Of a stretch of 64,000 nucleotides of DNA, positions 9,701 to 22,279 are shown one piece after another. Location of the stretch: contig OZ287079.1 of NCBI GenBank assembly GCA_965645245.1, positions 992,001 to 1,056,000 on the forward strand, written 5' to 3'. The position numbers and the translations under genes were made by a program. Within the stretch, counting starts at the first letter, position 1. The number at the start of each line of letters is the position of its first letter. This DNA comes from Massalongia carnosa (Eukaryota). Below the pieces are notes generated by a model. The model saw only the letters and a list, made by a program, of their open reading frames with translations. It was not told where the DNA came from and ran no database searches.

Positions 9701-12494
9701 TCCTGAGGGTAGCTTTTTGTGAATGGTTGGAGATGCGTGAAGGGAAGAATGTTTAGAAGGCTTTGTAAGCTCTAAGGTAGACGGCTGTTAAAGATGCTAA
9801 AGTTGGGAGATAGAAGGGTCGTCGACGGCCTTTTTTATTTGCTTTTAGGTAGCCATTCTTCCCCTTTCGAGTATTATTCTTGCGGTTGAGCCGAGGCGCG
9901 GTCTGGAACCATGTGGAGACTATAAGTTTATTTTTGGTGGGATGATGCTACGGTCAAGTTCTCCTCGAAGATAAGGAGGAAGGAGATGTAAACGTCATTG
10001 TGTGTGGGAGAACCCATCCCGAGCACCCTCTTCTTGATCGTGAATCTGAATCCTGGTTCATAGAACACGGTAACTTGTCTCAAATAACCAACCACGAGCC
10101 CCGTATAGGGCGTGTGTAACGAGTACTTCATGATCATTCAGACCATTCAAAAGCCACTCATGATCGACTTTGCTGCTCAACCAGAATGCAGATGTAGCAC
10201 CCTTGGCACTCAAAATAGCCTATTCACGGCCTCCCCGCTGTATGGCTGCCCCTTTATGAGACAAATAATGGATAAGGCCGTTCTGCTTCATGAATAAAAG
10301 CTTATGCGACTATTCAAGCCGATAACCAACCTCTCCTCGGGGTACTGCTATTAGCACCATTGTTCCAACTAGAAAAAAGAGTTTCTTTCTGATTTTTTAT
10401 ACTTAGGATGGAAACTGAGTGGTCATGGCTGGGTCAGAAAAATCATGGCCACAGTGGCCCAGCAGGAGATTAAGCAGTGCGAAAGAAAGAAAGGTGGTCG
10501 TAGAAAATGTTCGCCAATGATTGATCAAACAAGATGACTGCAAGGTAAAAAGGAGACCTTGTAGGAAGATTAGTACTCCGTTATTTTAGCTTTATAGATC
10601 CTCAGTTCTATTAGTTAGTCTCGAACAATCGATGAATGTATCGGAGGAAGCAAATCTCGATTGACTTGCATGATGCAAGGCGGGATATCCGAAGCGCCAA
10701 TGGGATTTTAAGACGATCCCGGATGAGATAGACTTTGCTGAGCTAGAGATGACGACAAGATTGTTCGTACGCTGAATGGAGGCGTAATAAACGTTCAGTC
10801 TGTGGCAAAAGGATGTGAGAGCTTCGGAGTGTTCAGAACGCCAATTAAGTATCATAATACAAAAATGATACTCCCTCGATTCTTCGAAAATAGATTGGAT
10901 TTGAAAAATATCCTATTTCATCTTAAGTAAAATTCGGTTTTGGGTATGTAGAAAGCGGGGAAAAAGAGCCCAGGAAAAGAATCCGGACGTCTTCATGTAT
11001 GAGGCATGGTTAACGGTTAACACCTTTCATCAGGGGGCGCCGCATAAGTACAACCTTTCCTCTCGTTCACTGCATGCTTGGTACCCAAAATCACTCGTTT
11101 GGCCCTTCCGCAAGCTACGCACAAAACCTGTTCCTTTCGATAGTCTGAAGGTCAAATTTAATCATGATCTCAGTCGGCTATAAATGCCGTACTATAGTCC
11201 TTGTCACTAGTATAATCTATCAGCTTCATGCATGCATTGTGAAAGAGCCCCAAATGGCTCGAGATCTCATGAAATGACTTTCTTGATATATCTATTTGTG
11301 CTTCTTTAGGCGGATCCTTGAGTACGATGGAAAAGGAGGATTCCATGCCCTTGCCGTAACCACATGGCTTATGACTCGGGTATATTTAGTACGATGAACT
11401 GCATGCTCTTTCCAGAACTGTATGTACCGCCTTGTGCTTCGCTAAGTCGATGCAAGAAGATTCAATCCTCCTCATGATCCACGGCTCTAAAGGTACTTCT
11501 CATGATTTAACTCCTTGTGCTCCGAATCTAAGCCAAAAACGGGAGAATCCGAAGAAATTCGAAGAGGATCTTAACACACGCAGTAAGTTTTCTTATATTG
11601 TGTACAGGTATTTTTAGCCGTAGTCCTATCCACTGGGACTGGAGTCGGTTGACTTCAGCGGAGATATCCGGTGGGAGAATTGAGGGATCCAAAAGTGTAT
11701 CTAAATCTTCTTTGCATGACGATGAGGTGAATGTAGTTTGAAATGCTCGAGCGAAGAACTCCTCGCCCAGCAGGAACATCCTAGTTACTTCTCAAATTCC
11801 TAAGCCGCCGATCGATGCTCCATCATTACCCTGAACGAGCCCGTCGCCAGATATCGCAAAGCTCCGCTTTTCGCTCTTTAACCGCCATCTCAGGATACTT
11901 CTTACACTCTAATTAGGGACGAGAGATCAGCGTCCTTCAATGTTTATTTCCGGCTGAACATTTATTTATCATACGAAAGCCAAGGTCTCTTTAGTTATTC
12001 GTATGACTATGCGCTTCAACCATCCATTCAACGTACTTTCGCTCTAAGCGAGGGCGACTGAGCGAAAGTGTGTGGGACGAATAAGTCCTGTTACATCCGA
12101 AGAAAATGGAATGACCAGAGAAGAAGTCACACGGTAGCAGAGTCCCGTGGCAGGACTGATGCAAATTGCAAAGCCCTTCTAGACTAGTAGCGTTGCTCAA
12201 GGTTACATATGGATAAGACGGTAGTGATTTTGCCTCCAGCAGAGTACCTACTTGTACAGAGTATGGTTCGTAATGAGCCTGTTCGTTTACATATGCACCT
12301 TGAAAGCTGAATAATAACATATTGCATGCTCCATGAAAAATATATTGCTGATGCGATTTGTCTTTACTGGTAGCAAAAGGCTGGACGCTCTCAGGACAGA
12401 ATATGAGACCTCATGTTTAAAGCTTGACGACTCTATTGCAGAGCGCTGAGCTTGCACCATACTCATTAGATCCAAGGCCAAGCAGAGTCATATA

Positions 12495-13839
12495 CTACAT
12501 ATCTCCAAAACTGAGCTTGTGCCATTGACCTGCTGCCGTGGTAACGATGTCACTCGCATCTCTGATCCTCTTATATTGGGGCCCCCTGATGGGTCGGTCA
12601 AGCAAACCATCCAGACCACCACCCTGCGTAGGGCCTGCACCACTGGAGTCCTTCGGGGAGTATAAGACGTGCTCCTGGTAAGCAGAAAACCTCCACACGC
12701 CGATTAGCTTTGGAGGCTGGAGCATCGCAGGCCCGTATCTGGCAACGCCTTGAGATCCCCAGAAATCATCGGTGGCGAGCCGTGCAATATGTTCCGTCGG
12801 AATGAGCCAGTGTGTCGTCCATCTTGACATCAGTTTATCTGCTCGATATGGGAGTTCGGCTTGGGGCTCAATGGTTGGGAATTTGTGGTACACCATGCCG
12901 AACTGCGTTGCCCAGTTGCCAGCTACTGGAGTAACACATCCGCCAACGCTGTTCTCCCACGCCGAGCTGGTTTTATTAATGGTCAACTTTGACAGGCCTT
13001 GTTGGCTAAGAAAAGACTTCGTACTCACCCCGTCTCGGCTTGATAGTCGTCTTCAAAGAAGGGTTCGGAGGGGTATGAACGACTCTCATATTCCCCGCTA
13101 GGAAGTTTAGGGTGTAGCATCTTATCAGCAGCATGGCAGCATACATGGGCCAGCTCATGGGCCAGCGTCATGGCTAAAAAGAATTCAACGCGGAGCTTTT
13201 CCGACACGGTGAGCCTAGGGTCCCGAAGAGCCACGAGCATCCTAGAATTTATCATTACGAACGATGCTGTGCCAAAAAGGTGAAACCCCTTCAACGGATA
13301 CGGATGAGCGAATGACCGGCCGGTCATGCCGGCTAGGGTGCCACGGTGCCTTGGGGGCCTGTTCTGAACTCCAAAGTCGTAGCCGACGTCAGTTTGCACA
13401 AAGCGTGGACCGTTTGCTCCATCATCGAAATCGTAAGACCCAATTTGTTGGTATATGGATTACGGTAGCGCGCAAATGTAAAGCCTTGTGGTGGACGCCC
13501 TTTATCATAGGGATCTCTAACCGGCCAGCACGGCCCGAAGAGGATTGCGTGCCAAAAATGAAGGATCCGCGATTCGGTGATGAAGCGGGAGGATAATCGT
13601 AGGGCGGGTACGATGAGATCATAGTCAGCCTTGGAAAGGTCTTTCCAGGAGCTGTGCACAAAGAGTGGGTGGATTTCGTTGGTCAAAGTGGAAGGCCTGG
13701 CAAAGGACCACTCGAGGGAGCCTGATCTCCAAATCTCTTCCGTACTGAAATACCTCAGCAACCAATTGTTGTCGGGCCACCTATCAGTTCGGTCAGGAAT
13801 GATGTGATCCATGACGGATAATCCGGCGCTTTTGATCAC
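12495..13839 (-). pseudogene. Disrupted HExxH (zincin-like) fungal hypothetical gene; boundaries approximate
   Basis: Three consecutive minus-strand ORFs carry LAMTLAHELAHVC and EPFFEDDYQAETG, then an intron (GTGAGT...ACCAG), then SAWENSVGG. A frameshift near 13350-13360 has no obvious intron to explain it. Confidence 0.55.
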
Positions 13840-15583
13840 CCTCTTCCGGCTGCACTGCGATCATTATTAGGGTTAGAAGTTCACCTTGCACTTCCAGAAT
13901 AATGTTGGATGAGTTTTTGTTCTTAATATTGGATTGATATCCACTTCCGCATTCGGCGACGAGGTACTTCCTACTCGTGGAAGCGCTTTATTGACAGCCA
14001 GCAACTGTTTCTTCCTTTGTTTCATCAAATAAAATTTCATCTGCGTTTCATTTACCTAATGCTTTGACCTCTCGATTCCTCTGGAGGCCTAATATCTATA
14101 GGGAAAGATCGAACAAATAGAAACACTATGTTTTGACACATCGGCTGAATAACTTGCTTCGGACCACACCTTGTTAAACGATGAACGCTCTTCGTCCAAC
14201 AACCGAGTCCAAGTATCCTATCTTTGCTTTACTGGCAAGCCAGCATGGAGCGTTGAATGAACCCGCTTTCAAGCTCTACCAAAAGTCAAGATAAGAATAG
14301 GGGTTTCTAGTCCATTCCTTGATGTCGCTCCGTGGAAACAAGTTTCTATACGAGCAATGAATATTGCAGTAATGAGTATTACACCAACAGTTGAAAACTC
14401 CATGTCAAAATCTGTACATAATTGGCTGCAACAAAGATAAGAAATGTAGACTCTCTTCCTTGCACGGTGATTGAATCCAGCGCACCTACAAATCGAAATT
14501 CTATACCTTTTTGCTTGTCCCTCGATATAATTTGAGAAACTCTTTGAGCGGTTTTGAAATGGAGGGTTTTTAACCATCCAATCGGAACAAAGACTGAAAT
14601 ATATTTCTGAGTATCGAAGTGTATTTCACGATAAAACCGAGTTTTTGATTTTCGACTGCAGTCTCCCTTCTCATCAATCCAAACCAGAAGTAGGTAACCA
14701 AACGAGAAGCTGTTGGGCCTTGCTAACTTTGAAATCATGAGAAAAATTTAAGAAAATAGCATCGGCTACAACCCCTTGATAACTCGTCTCTTGACAACAT
14801 CAAAAGATGGCAAAATATTGAGACGCCATACAGGCACCTTTAGAACTTTACTACTCATGAGATTTAGATTATTTTAGCGTGAAGAAATCAGCATCCTAAG
14901 AAGCTAGCCATCACCTTCGTTGCGCGTCCTCAAACATAAAAAATAGTTCTAGTCCTCATAATGACTGCAATCGCCGGCTTCTTGCCTAAAAGCATACATG
15001 CGGCATTCAGGGACTTCGACATACCCTGCGAGCACCAAAGCAGGCCATAGATATAGATCGCGGCGGTTGAGAAACACCGGCTCCTGTAACAGACGTTGTA
15101 ACCATGTGCATAGCCTCGCACCGGAGAATGAAACTGGATTGAGAGCGTTATTTGCTCGATGAGCGAAGCCATTCGCTATTCAAGACAGTAGGCGAGAAAA
15201 CAGAGTCGGACATATTGATATCCACTTGTGAATGAGCCGATATGTCTTGAGAATGATGTTGATGATGTTGATGACCGAAATGATTAGTGGCGTAGTAGGA
15301 CTGGGGAGATGAGGCGGTTGAGCCGCGCTACGACTAGCTCTGACTGGTTATGGTTAGCTCCCGAGTGTTCAGCAGAGTTCCTGTCGCAAAGCATAAGAAT
15401 CTCGGAGCGTGGCCTTTTCGAAAGAAAAAAGTTGATTCACACCTTAAATGTTTACATTTTCACATTTCAACACATTAAACCTTCTTCATCTCTCAAAACC
15501 AAGTTGTCTCCTGGTATCTTCTTACGTATTGAAGGGATATCAGCCATCGCCCTATTAGCATCAAACCACATTCCCACACAACA

Positions 15584-16965
15584 ATGGCGACCCCCCCACC
15601 CCCAAACCAGCAACCCACCCCCCAACAAATCGCCGCTATGCAACAACAACTCACGCAAGAAGCACAAAAGCGCGGCATGACCCCTCAGCAGTTTCAAGCC
15701 TGGCAGCGTCATCAAATCGAAGCCGACGCCAAAAAAGCCGGCATGAGCGTCGATCAGTACATCAACCAATTAAAGCAACAAGCGTTGCAGAACCATCAGC
15801 GCCAGCAACAACTCGCCCAGCAGCAGGCCGCTGCAGAGCAGTCCGGCCAACCGCAAGTTCAGCAAGGCCAGGCAGGACAACAGGTTCCTATTACGCCGGG
15901 CGCACCGGATCCGAAAGCTCTAGCTCTGGCGAAATGGTTGAGAGGGCAGGACTTGAAGACGAGGACGTGTATCTTGAACGGGCAGCGCAAGGATATGTTT
16001 AGAGGTACATACTTCAGTCCATCACTCCATTAGTCCATATCAATTGAGCATGATTTTTAAACCCCCACAGTCAAACGCGCGCTTCGCGCCCTCCAATCCC
16101 CCGCGTACACCACCGCCCTCAGCAAAAACCCCCTCCTCCCACCCATAACGCCCGCAACGCCCGTCTCCGAAGTTTTCAAACTCCTTCCGCTATCTCTCCT
16201 TGCCCTGCGCGTCTCCAAGGCCGACCCGCATGAAGGCCACAACCACGCGCCCACTCCGGCAAAAAAGCCGCAAAAGCGCACCAAGGGTCTCTGGCACGTC
16301 AAAATCGAGCAGCAGCAGGACGTAAACGAAGACCTCCACTACGTCTGGCTGTACGAGGGCCCACAGTGGCGCCAGAAACTGTATGCGGCAGGCGCGCTGG
16401 CGGCCATCATGGCGGTCGTCATGTTCCCGCTGTGGCCGGTGAAGCTGCGCATCGGGGTGTGGTATTTGAGTATGGGCATGTTGGGGCTGATCGGCTTGTT
16501 CATCGCCATGGCGATTTTCCGCCTGATTTTGTTCTGCGTGACGGTGTTCACGGTGAAGCCGGGGCTGTGGCTGTATCCAAATCTGTTCGAAGACGTCGGC
16601 TTTTTCGACAGTTTCCGACCCGTTTGGGGGTGGCAGGAGGTTCGTTCTCTTCCCCATATGAATTGGCTCCCCCCTTCTCCTCCCCCCTCTCAAATTAACC
16701 CTCTTTCTTCTAACCTCTTCCGCTAACCCCCCCTCCCCTATCTCCTTCCTCCAAACAGGAAAAGAAAAAGAAATCGAAAAAATCCACCATCTCCTCATCC
16801 AAATCAACCGACAAGCCCACTTCTACTTCCACCTCCTCCGCCACCGCCCTTCCCCCCTCAACTCCCTTGCTACCAGCAGCAGCAACAGCACAGCCCCCCA
16901 CCAACGGCAGCGCCCTCCGAAAACGCGATCTCGCCCCCCGCGTCGAGGAAGTCGAGGAAGACTAG
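15584..16965 (+). CDS. SEC62: ER translocation protein Sec62
   Basis: Exons 15584-16004, 16071-16639 and 16759-16965. Motifs LKTRTCILNGQRKDMFRVKRALRAL, VMFPLWP, two TM helices, and GLWLYPNLFEDVGFFDSFRPVWGW. The N-terminus is Q-rich. Confidence 0.95.
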
Positions 16966-17573
16966 GCTCTTCCCCCCACGGGGCGCGAAAGCTACGTCCT
17001 TAGTAATCCCGAATAGGAATATCGATAGCGGATAGCGAAGGGGGGTTTCTTATGGCCGTGGTGTTATTACTCCTTTATTTAGTATTCTTACACTTAGTAT
17101 AGCGTTTTTTTCCCCCGCTGTCACGGATGCTTCTAGCTTGGGGGGGCTACTTTTTGTATATCATGAAAACGCCTCTTAAATAAAATGCAAAAAAACCTAA
17201 AACGAAAAAACCCCCCCGCTACGAGCTGAGAAGCCTTGGGAGGGGTGCAATTGGTTGGACCTGCCTATGCCGCGCTACTTTACTTCCGTAACCCCTTCCC
17301 TTTATTTTTCTTAGAGCATCTTCATATTGGTGTGTCGAGGACATCTCCGTCATATTTTATTCATCCTTAGCGAAACCCGACTCACCCATTATGGTATGTA
17401 GGGTAGTAGTTGATGGGGGGCAAGTGCACCCAAATCCGGATGTGATTTGTCACTTCGGCGATTCTATTACGAGAGGAAGAAAGAACGAATTAGCAAGAGG
17501 AAAGGATTCCCGTCTAGCCTGGGATACCTAATCCGACCGGCCCAACATCCACCCTTCAGCCTCTCCCCTCTGC

Positions 17574-19893
17574 CTAGTTCCTATTCCCAACATCCCCCTC
17601 CAACCCCTCCCTCAACCCCTCAAAATGCGCCTTCATCTCACCCGCCAGCTTCCCCCGTGTCTCCCCCAAAATTGTCAATAGCAGCGAGTAGTTGTTCCCC
17701 AAGAAACGCTCCCTCCGCCCTGCAGGCAGTGCTTTCCCTACCTTGGCCAAAAACGCTTCCACTTCGCCCCGCAGTCTTGCCAGGCTGCGCCCTACAGGCT
17801 CCCCGTCCTCGCCCGCCTCCGCGCTCAGCGCCAGCGCGCCCTGCAGGAAGTGACCGAAACGCTGCGTTAGTATGTGCGGGGCCGAGGACGGTTGATTGCT
17901 GCTACTTGCGGCGCTGACAGAAGAAGAGGAGGAAGTAGTGGTGAGGGCGAGGGCACGAGTCGATAACGGGGAGGGGAGAGCGGCGGCTGCTCGCCGGACG
18001 GAGTCGGCGTGCACGTCCATTGCAAGCTGGAAGCGGGGCCAGAGGAGCATGGCGGTGCCGTTGATGTAGGGATCCACTGTGGGAATTTTGCGGCGCTGGA
18101 GCTCGAAGGCGAACTGCTGGTTTAGGCGTACGCAGAGGAGAATGCCAAGACAATCATGAGAGGCGTCAACAAGGGACTTGGTGAAGGCGTGCCCAAGGGC
18201 GAAAGTAGGGGCGAAGATGGCGGTGAGTTTGCGCGAGAGGGCCGCTGCTGACGGGGCGGAGGAGATGGGGGTAGGAGGAAAGAAGGCGGCCAGGAAGGAG
18301 TATTCGAAGGTAGCGTTATCGATGAGGGCAAGGTTGAAGTGGAAAAAGGGCGTTTCAAGGTGGTGGGCTTCTTTGTCTTCTTCGGCAAGGTAGGATGTTA
18401 GTGCTGCGTGGTTGGGTCGCTTGAGAATCTCCGCACGTCGGTTAATGGAGAGCGCGTCGCGGGCTGCCTGAGAAGCTTTTGCCGCAGCAGCGGGTAGGTT
18501 ATCTAGAGATGGTGGGATTAGAACGAAACAAAGAAAGGCAGTGAAGCAAGATACTTTTTTGGCTAGTCTGATCGGCTCCAAGGGCATCTTGTTTATCAAT
18601 AGTATATAATGAAAGCTTCTCAAGAGCTTGTCGGTAGCGCGTGAAATGGCTAAGGTAATACCAACACATTGTATTGACATATGCTTGACCTATCTCCTCT
18701 GCAAGCTTCGAATGATGACGGACCATAAAGGCGTAGAGATCTCTATATTGTAGAAAATATTGTTGTTGGATGATCTGTGCATTGATACTGGGCGACCGCA
18801 AGCTTTTAATTTGAGAGACAAAAAAATCCCTTATTCGTTCAATGGCCTGAGTGTCCGTCAGCACGATATTAGAATACAAATGACTTCATCTAGCTTCACC
18901 TTGCTCGTCAAATCATCCAAAAGTGGCTTCACGTCCGAAATAGCCATAATTGTCTCCGATCCTTGGACTTTTTTCCCTACAGCTTCAGAGCGCTTTTCTA
19001 TCTCTTCCAGGGCCTTGATCCAAGCAAGATTTATGGGGCCCTCACAAATAATCCTCACTGCTGCAGGTGAAACTGTGATATCCTCAATCGCAGGTCCCAG
19101 GAGTTTCTCGACTACCCTTCGATTTTCCAGTTTGGTATTGAGCGCAGCGGAACGCGATTGTAAAGTCTCGATCTCAGCAGAGACAGAGCCCAAATCTTTC
19201 TGGAAGCTTGTCAAGGATGCCTCCACAGACCTGAGGACATCATCGCAAGCCTAGCTATCAATTAGCCTTACTCAAAGGTAGAATGAGGAGGATATAAAGC
19301 TATTTACTAGAATTGATCGATGTAGATCTTCGAATTTTTCCTTATCTTTCTCATCTAACGCTTTCTTTTAGATCCGTGCTAGCAGCGCTATTATGAGTGT
19401 ATACATACTCACATTCCTCAACCGTCTGCACCGCAATGTCCATGTTGCCCTGATCTTCCCCAGGCTTATTCTCATCCACGAGTAAGAAGTCCTGCAGACT
19501 GAGACCGTTGAACTCCACATCTTCAGTCAGATGTAAGGGCCTTCCAAAATCCTCCTCTTGTGCGATTCCATTCTTTGATGCTTCCCCAGATAAAGAAGGC
19601 CTTCCAATGATCTGCGCAAGAATCTCAAGAGGGTCAACAATATCAGGTAGAGGCGTGATTTGCTGCTTCAATGTCGATCCACTGGGAATCCGGGCGGAAC
19701 TTAGAGAAGACGTGGAAGTATTTGATCTTACTCCCAAATGTATGGATGATGGCCGTGGACTGAAGTTAGGCCGTGCGGCAGCTCCAGGTACAAGATGACT
19801 TGGTCGGCGTGGAACTGGAGAATAGGACCTGTTCTGCGGCGGTGGAGGTGAGCCAGAGGGGGTATTGTTGCTGGAGAAGCGATCGAGCCACAT
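17574..19893 (-). CDS. VPS52: GARP complex subunit Vps52/Sac2 (multi-exon; a 6-nt first exon ATGTCT at 19965-19960 is possible)
   Basis: Motifs MWLDRFS, LTSFQKDLGSVSAEIETLQSRS, IRDFFVSQIKSLRSPSINAQIIQQ, NLALIDNATFEYSF and LLWPRFQ; canonical introns. Confidence 0.93.
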
Positions 19894-20031
19894 CTTGACC
19901 AAAAGGTTTTTGTCAACCAGTCAGGAACAGCTCTTTATTTCATATTCAGAGCCACCTACAGACATTGACTAGCGTATGTTGGAAAAGTAGGTTTTTTGAC
20001 GTGCATGCGGGTGACAAAATAAAATTTAGTA

Positions 20032-21310
20032 TACCAAAATTTTCTACCCCATCAAAATCATCAAACTTTTCATCCACCATCATATTAAATAATCATGAAT
20101 CGATCCACCACTCCACTTCTTGAAATTACAGGGCCTAGAGTCGAAGTTCCTACACCTAATAAGGCAAAAATTCAAGGAGCTGTAGAGTTTTGCGAAGCAA
20201 TGGGAATATCTTATTATAAGGAAGACGTTTTTCGTGTGTTCAATGTTTCAAGACAACAAGGCTACAAATATCTACGCAGCGAATCTTCACGAAGACATCA
20301 TAATAATCCCGATATATCAGAGTAGCGGGGTCGAAAATCTATCATAACATCTCAACAAATGCGAGAAATGGAGCGTATTCTTGAGACCGAAGGCATTGAA
20401 GCACGAGCTTCAACTTGGGAACAATTGGGCTACGAAGTGGGCTTGGGTTGTAGTGGTCGCACTGTTCAAAGAGCGATGGGTACGATGGATTATCATAAGT
20501 GTGTTTCTTGTAGAAAGGGCTCGGTCAATAAGAAAACAGCAGCGCATCGAGTCAGTTGGGCAACTCAATGCTTGAGAAATATCCTGAGCCGGAGGATTGG
20601 CATCATGTATGATTCAGCGATGAGGTTCATTTCGGCTGGGGTCCTCAAGGAAAACTACGAATCATACGAAAACCTGGAGAAAGATATTGTCAGAATTGTA
20701 TTCAGAAGAGAATGAACCAGACGAGAAGGACAAAAAGCGTCATCATTGCTAGGCTGCGATAGGACACAGTTTTAAATCAGATATCTTTTTTTACAATGTT
20801 TCGGGTAACACCAACGGAAAGATGAGTCAAAAGGCCTGCATCGAGCAGATTTTGAATCCGATTGTTCTTCCATGGCTGCAAACGGATCAGAGGTTCGTTT
20901 TAGAAGAAGATGGTGGTTCAGGTCATGGACCAGGCAAATCGAATATCGTACGCACCTGGAAGGAGAAAAATGAGTTGAATCATTATTTCAATTGTGCTTC
21001 ATCTCCTTATCTGTCTCCGATTGAGAATTGCTGGCAGCCTGTCAAACAACATCTTCGAAAATATCCTCATTGGGACTATGCTACTACTAAAGAGTTGATT
21101 TATGAGGGATGGAGTCATGTTTCTCAGCGATTTGTCAACGAACAGGTGGCCACGATGCCCAAACGACTGCAAGCGGTGATTGATGATGAAGGTAGAATAA
21201 CTAGTTATTAGTTGTAACAAATGAAATTCAAACATCATCAAATGAACTGAATAGACGTTACAATAATGGATGAAAATTCTGATGATTTTGGTTGGGTATA
21301 AATTTTGGTG
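20032..21310 (+). mobile_element. Decayed Tc1/mariner-superfamily element; transposase pseudogene 20095-21211 with DD37E-like spacing
   Basis: Imperfect TIRs of about 45 bp (YACCAAAATT...TACCC...CAAAATCATCA...TTTTCATCCA) flanked by TA. Motifs FSDEVHFG, VLEEDGGSGH and SPYLSPIENCW. Stops at 20323-20325 and 20750-20752, and two frameshifts. Confidence 0.88.
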
Positions 21311-21604
21311 TAAAGATTGCGCGGGCCTTTTCTTTAGTTAGTCATCTGCTGCTTTCATAATGCGAGTCACGAATAGCCCAATCAGTCATTGCACAACATT
21401 TGCTGCTTTTTAATTGGCCAAACATCCACCCCGCCATGGAATCGGTTTGTCCCAGTCGTCACACAAATTAATCCTTTCGCACATTCATACTCGTAAACCC
21501 CCTCCCCCATCTCTCTCATCTACTCTTAGTCTTCAACTACTTCTTCTCGCATTGTGCTTCTCCTTGTTTTTGACACTTACATCCTATCTTACCTTATAAC
21601 AACA

Positions 21605-22279
21605 ATGGCGGATGATGCGCAGGTAAGATTGGATTTCCGCTCTATCCCCCCCGGCGCAAAAACGCGTGTTCTTTCTTCGCTTTACAAGCTTCATACTGAA
21701 CTATTTCTGGAAGCATGAGCACACCTTTGAGAGTGCCGATGCCGGCGCCTCTGCCACCTTTCCGCAGCAGTGCTCCGCGTTAAGGAAGAACGGCTTCGTC
21801 GTCATCAAGGGCCGCCCTTGCAAAATCGTCGAAATGTCTACCTCGAAGACCGGCAAGCACGGTCATGCCAAGGTCCATCTCGTTGCCATTGACATCTTCA
21901 CTGGTAAGAAATTGGAGGATCTCTGCCCGTCCACCCACAATATGGATGTTCCCCACGTCACCCGCAAGGAATACCAACTTGTATGCCAACTCCTTCATTA
22001 TGGGATTATTCATGTTTACTAACAAGCCTGCAGCTTGATATTTCCGATGATGGTTTCCTCAGCCTCATGCTTGATGATGGTACAATGAAGGATGATGTTA
22101 AGGTCCCTGAGGGAGAAGTTGGAGAGAAGATCGAGAAGCTTTATCGAGATGAGAAGGACTCTAGTGAGCTCACTCCGTTACTAGGCATCATGAAAATACT
22201 AAAAACTGCAGATGTCATCGTTCTCACTTCCATGGGCGAGGAAGTCGCTATCGAGGCAAAAGAAGCTCCTCGCTCTTAG
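21605..22279 (+). CDS. HYP2: Translation factor eIF5A
   Basis: Exons 21605-21622, 21714-21980, 22034-22163 and 22212-22279. Hypusine motif [12 protein letters not shown]. Confidence 0.97.

Noticed and set aside
10869..10900. TA|CTCCCTCG, resembling a mariner/Stowaway end
   Set aside because: No partner inverted end found in the window.
14269..15172. DSITVQGRESTFLIF, faintly like an SF1 helicase motif
   Set aside because: A single weak motif in fragmented ORFs.
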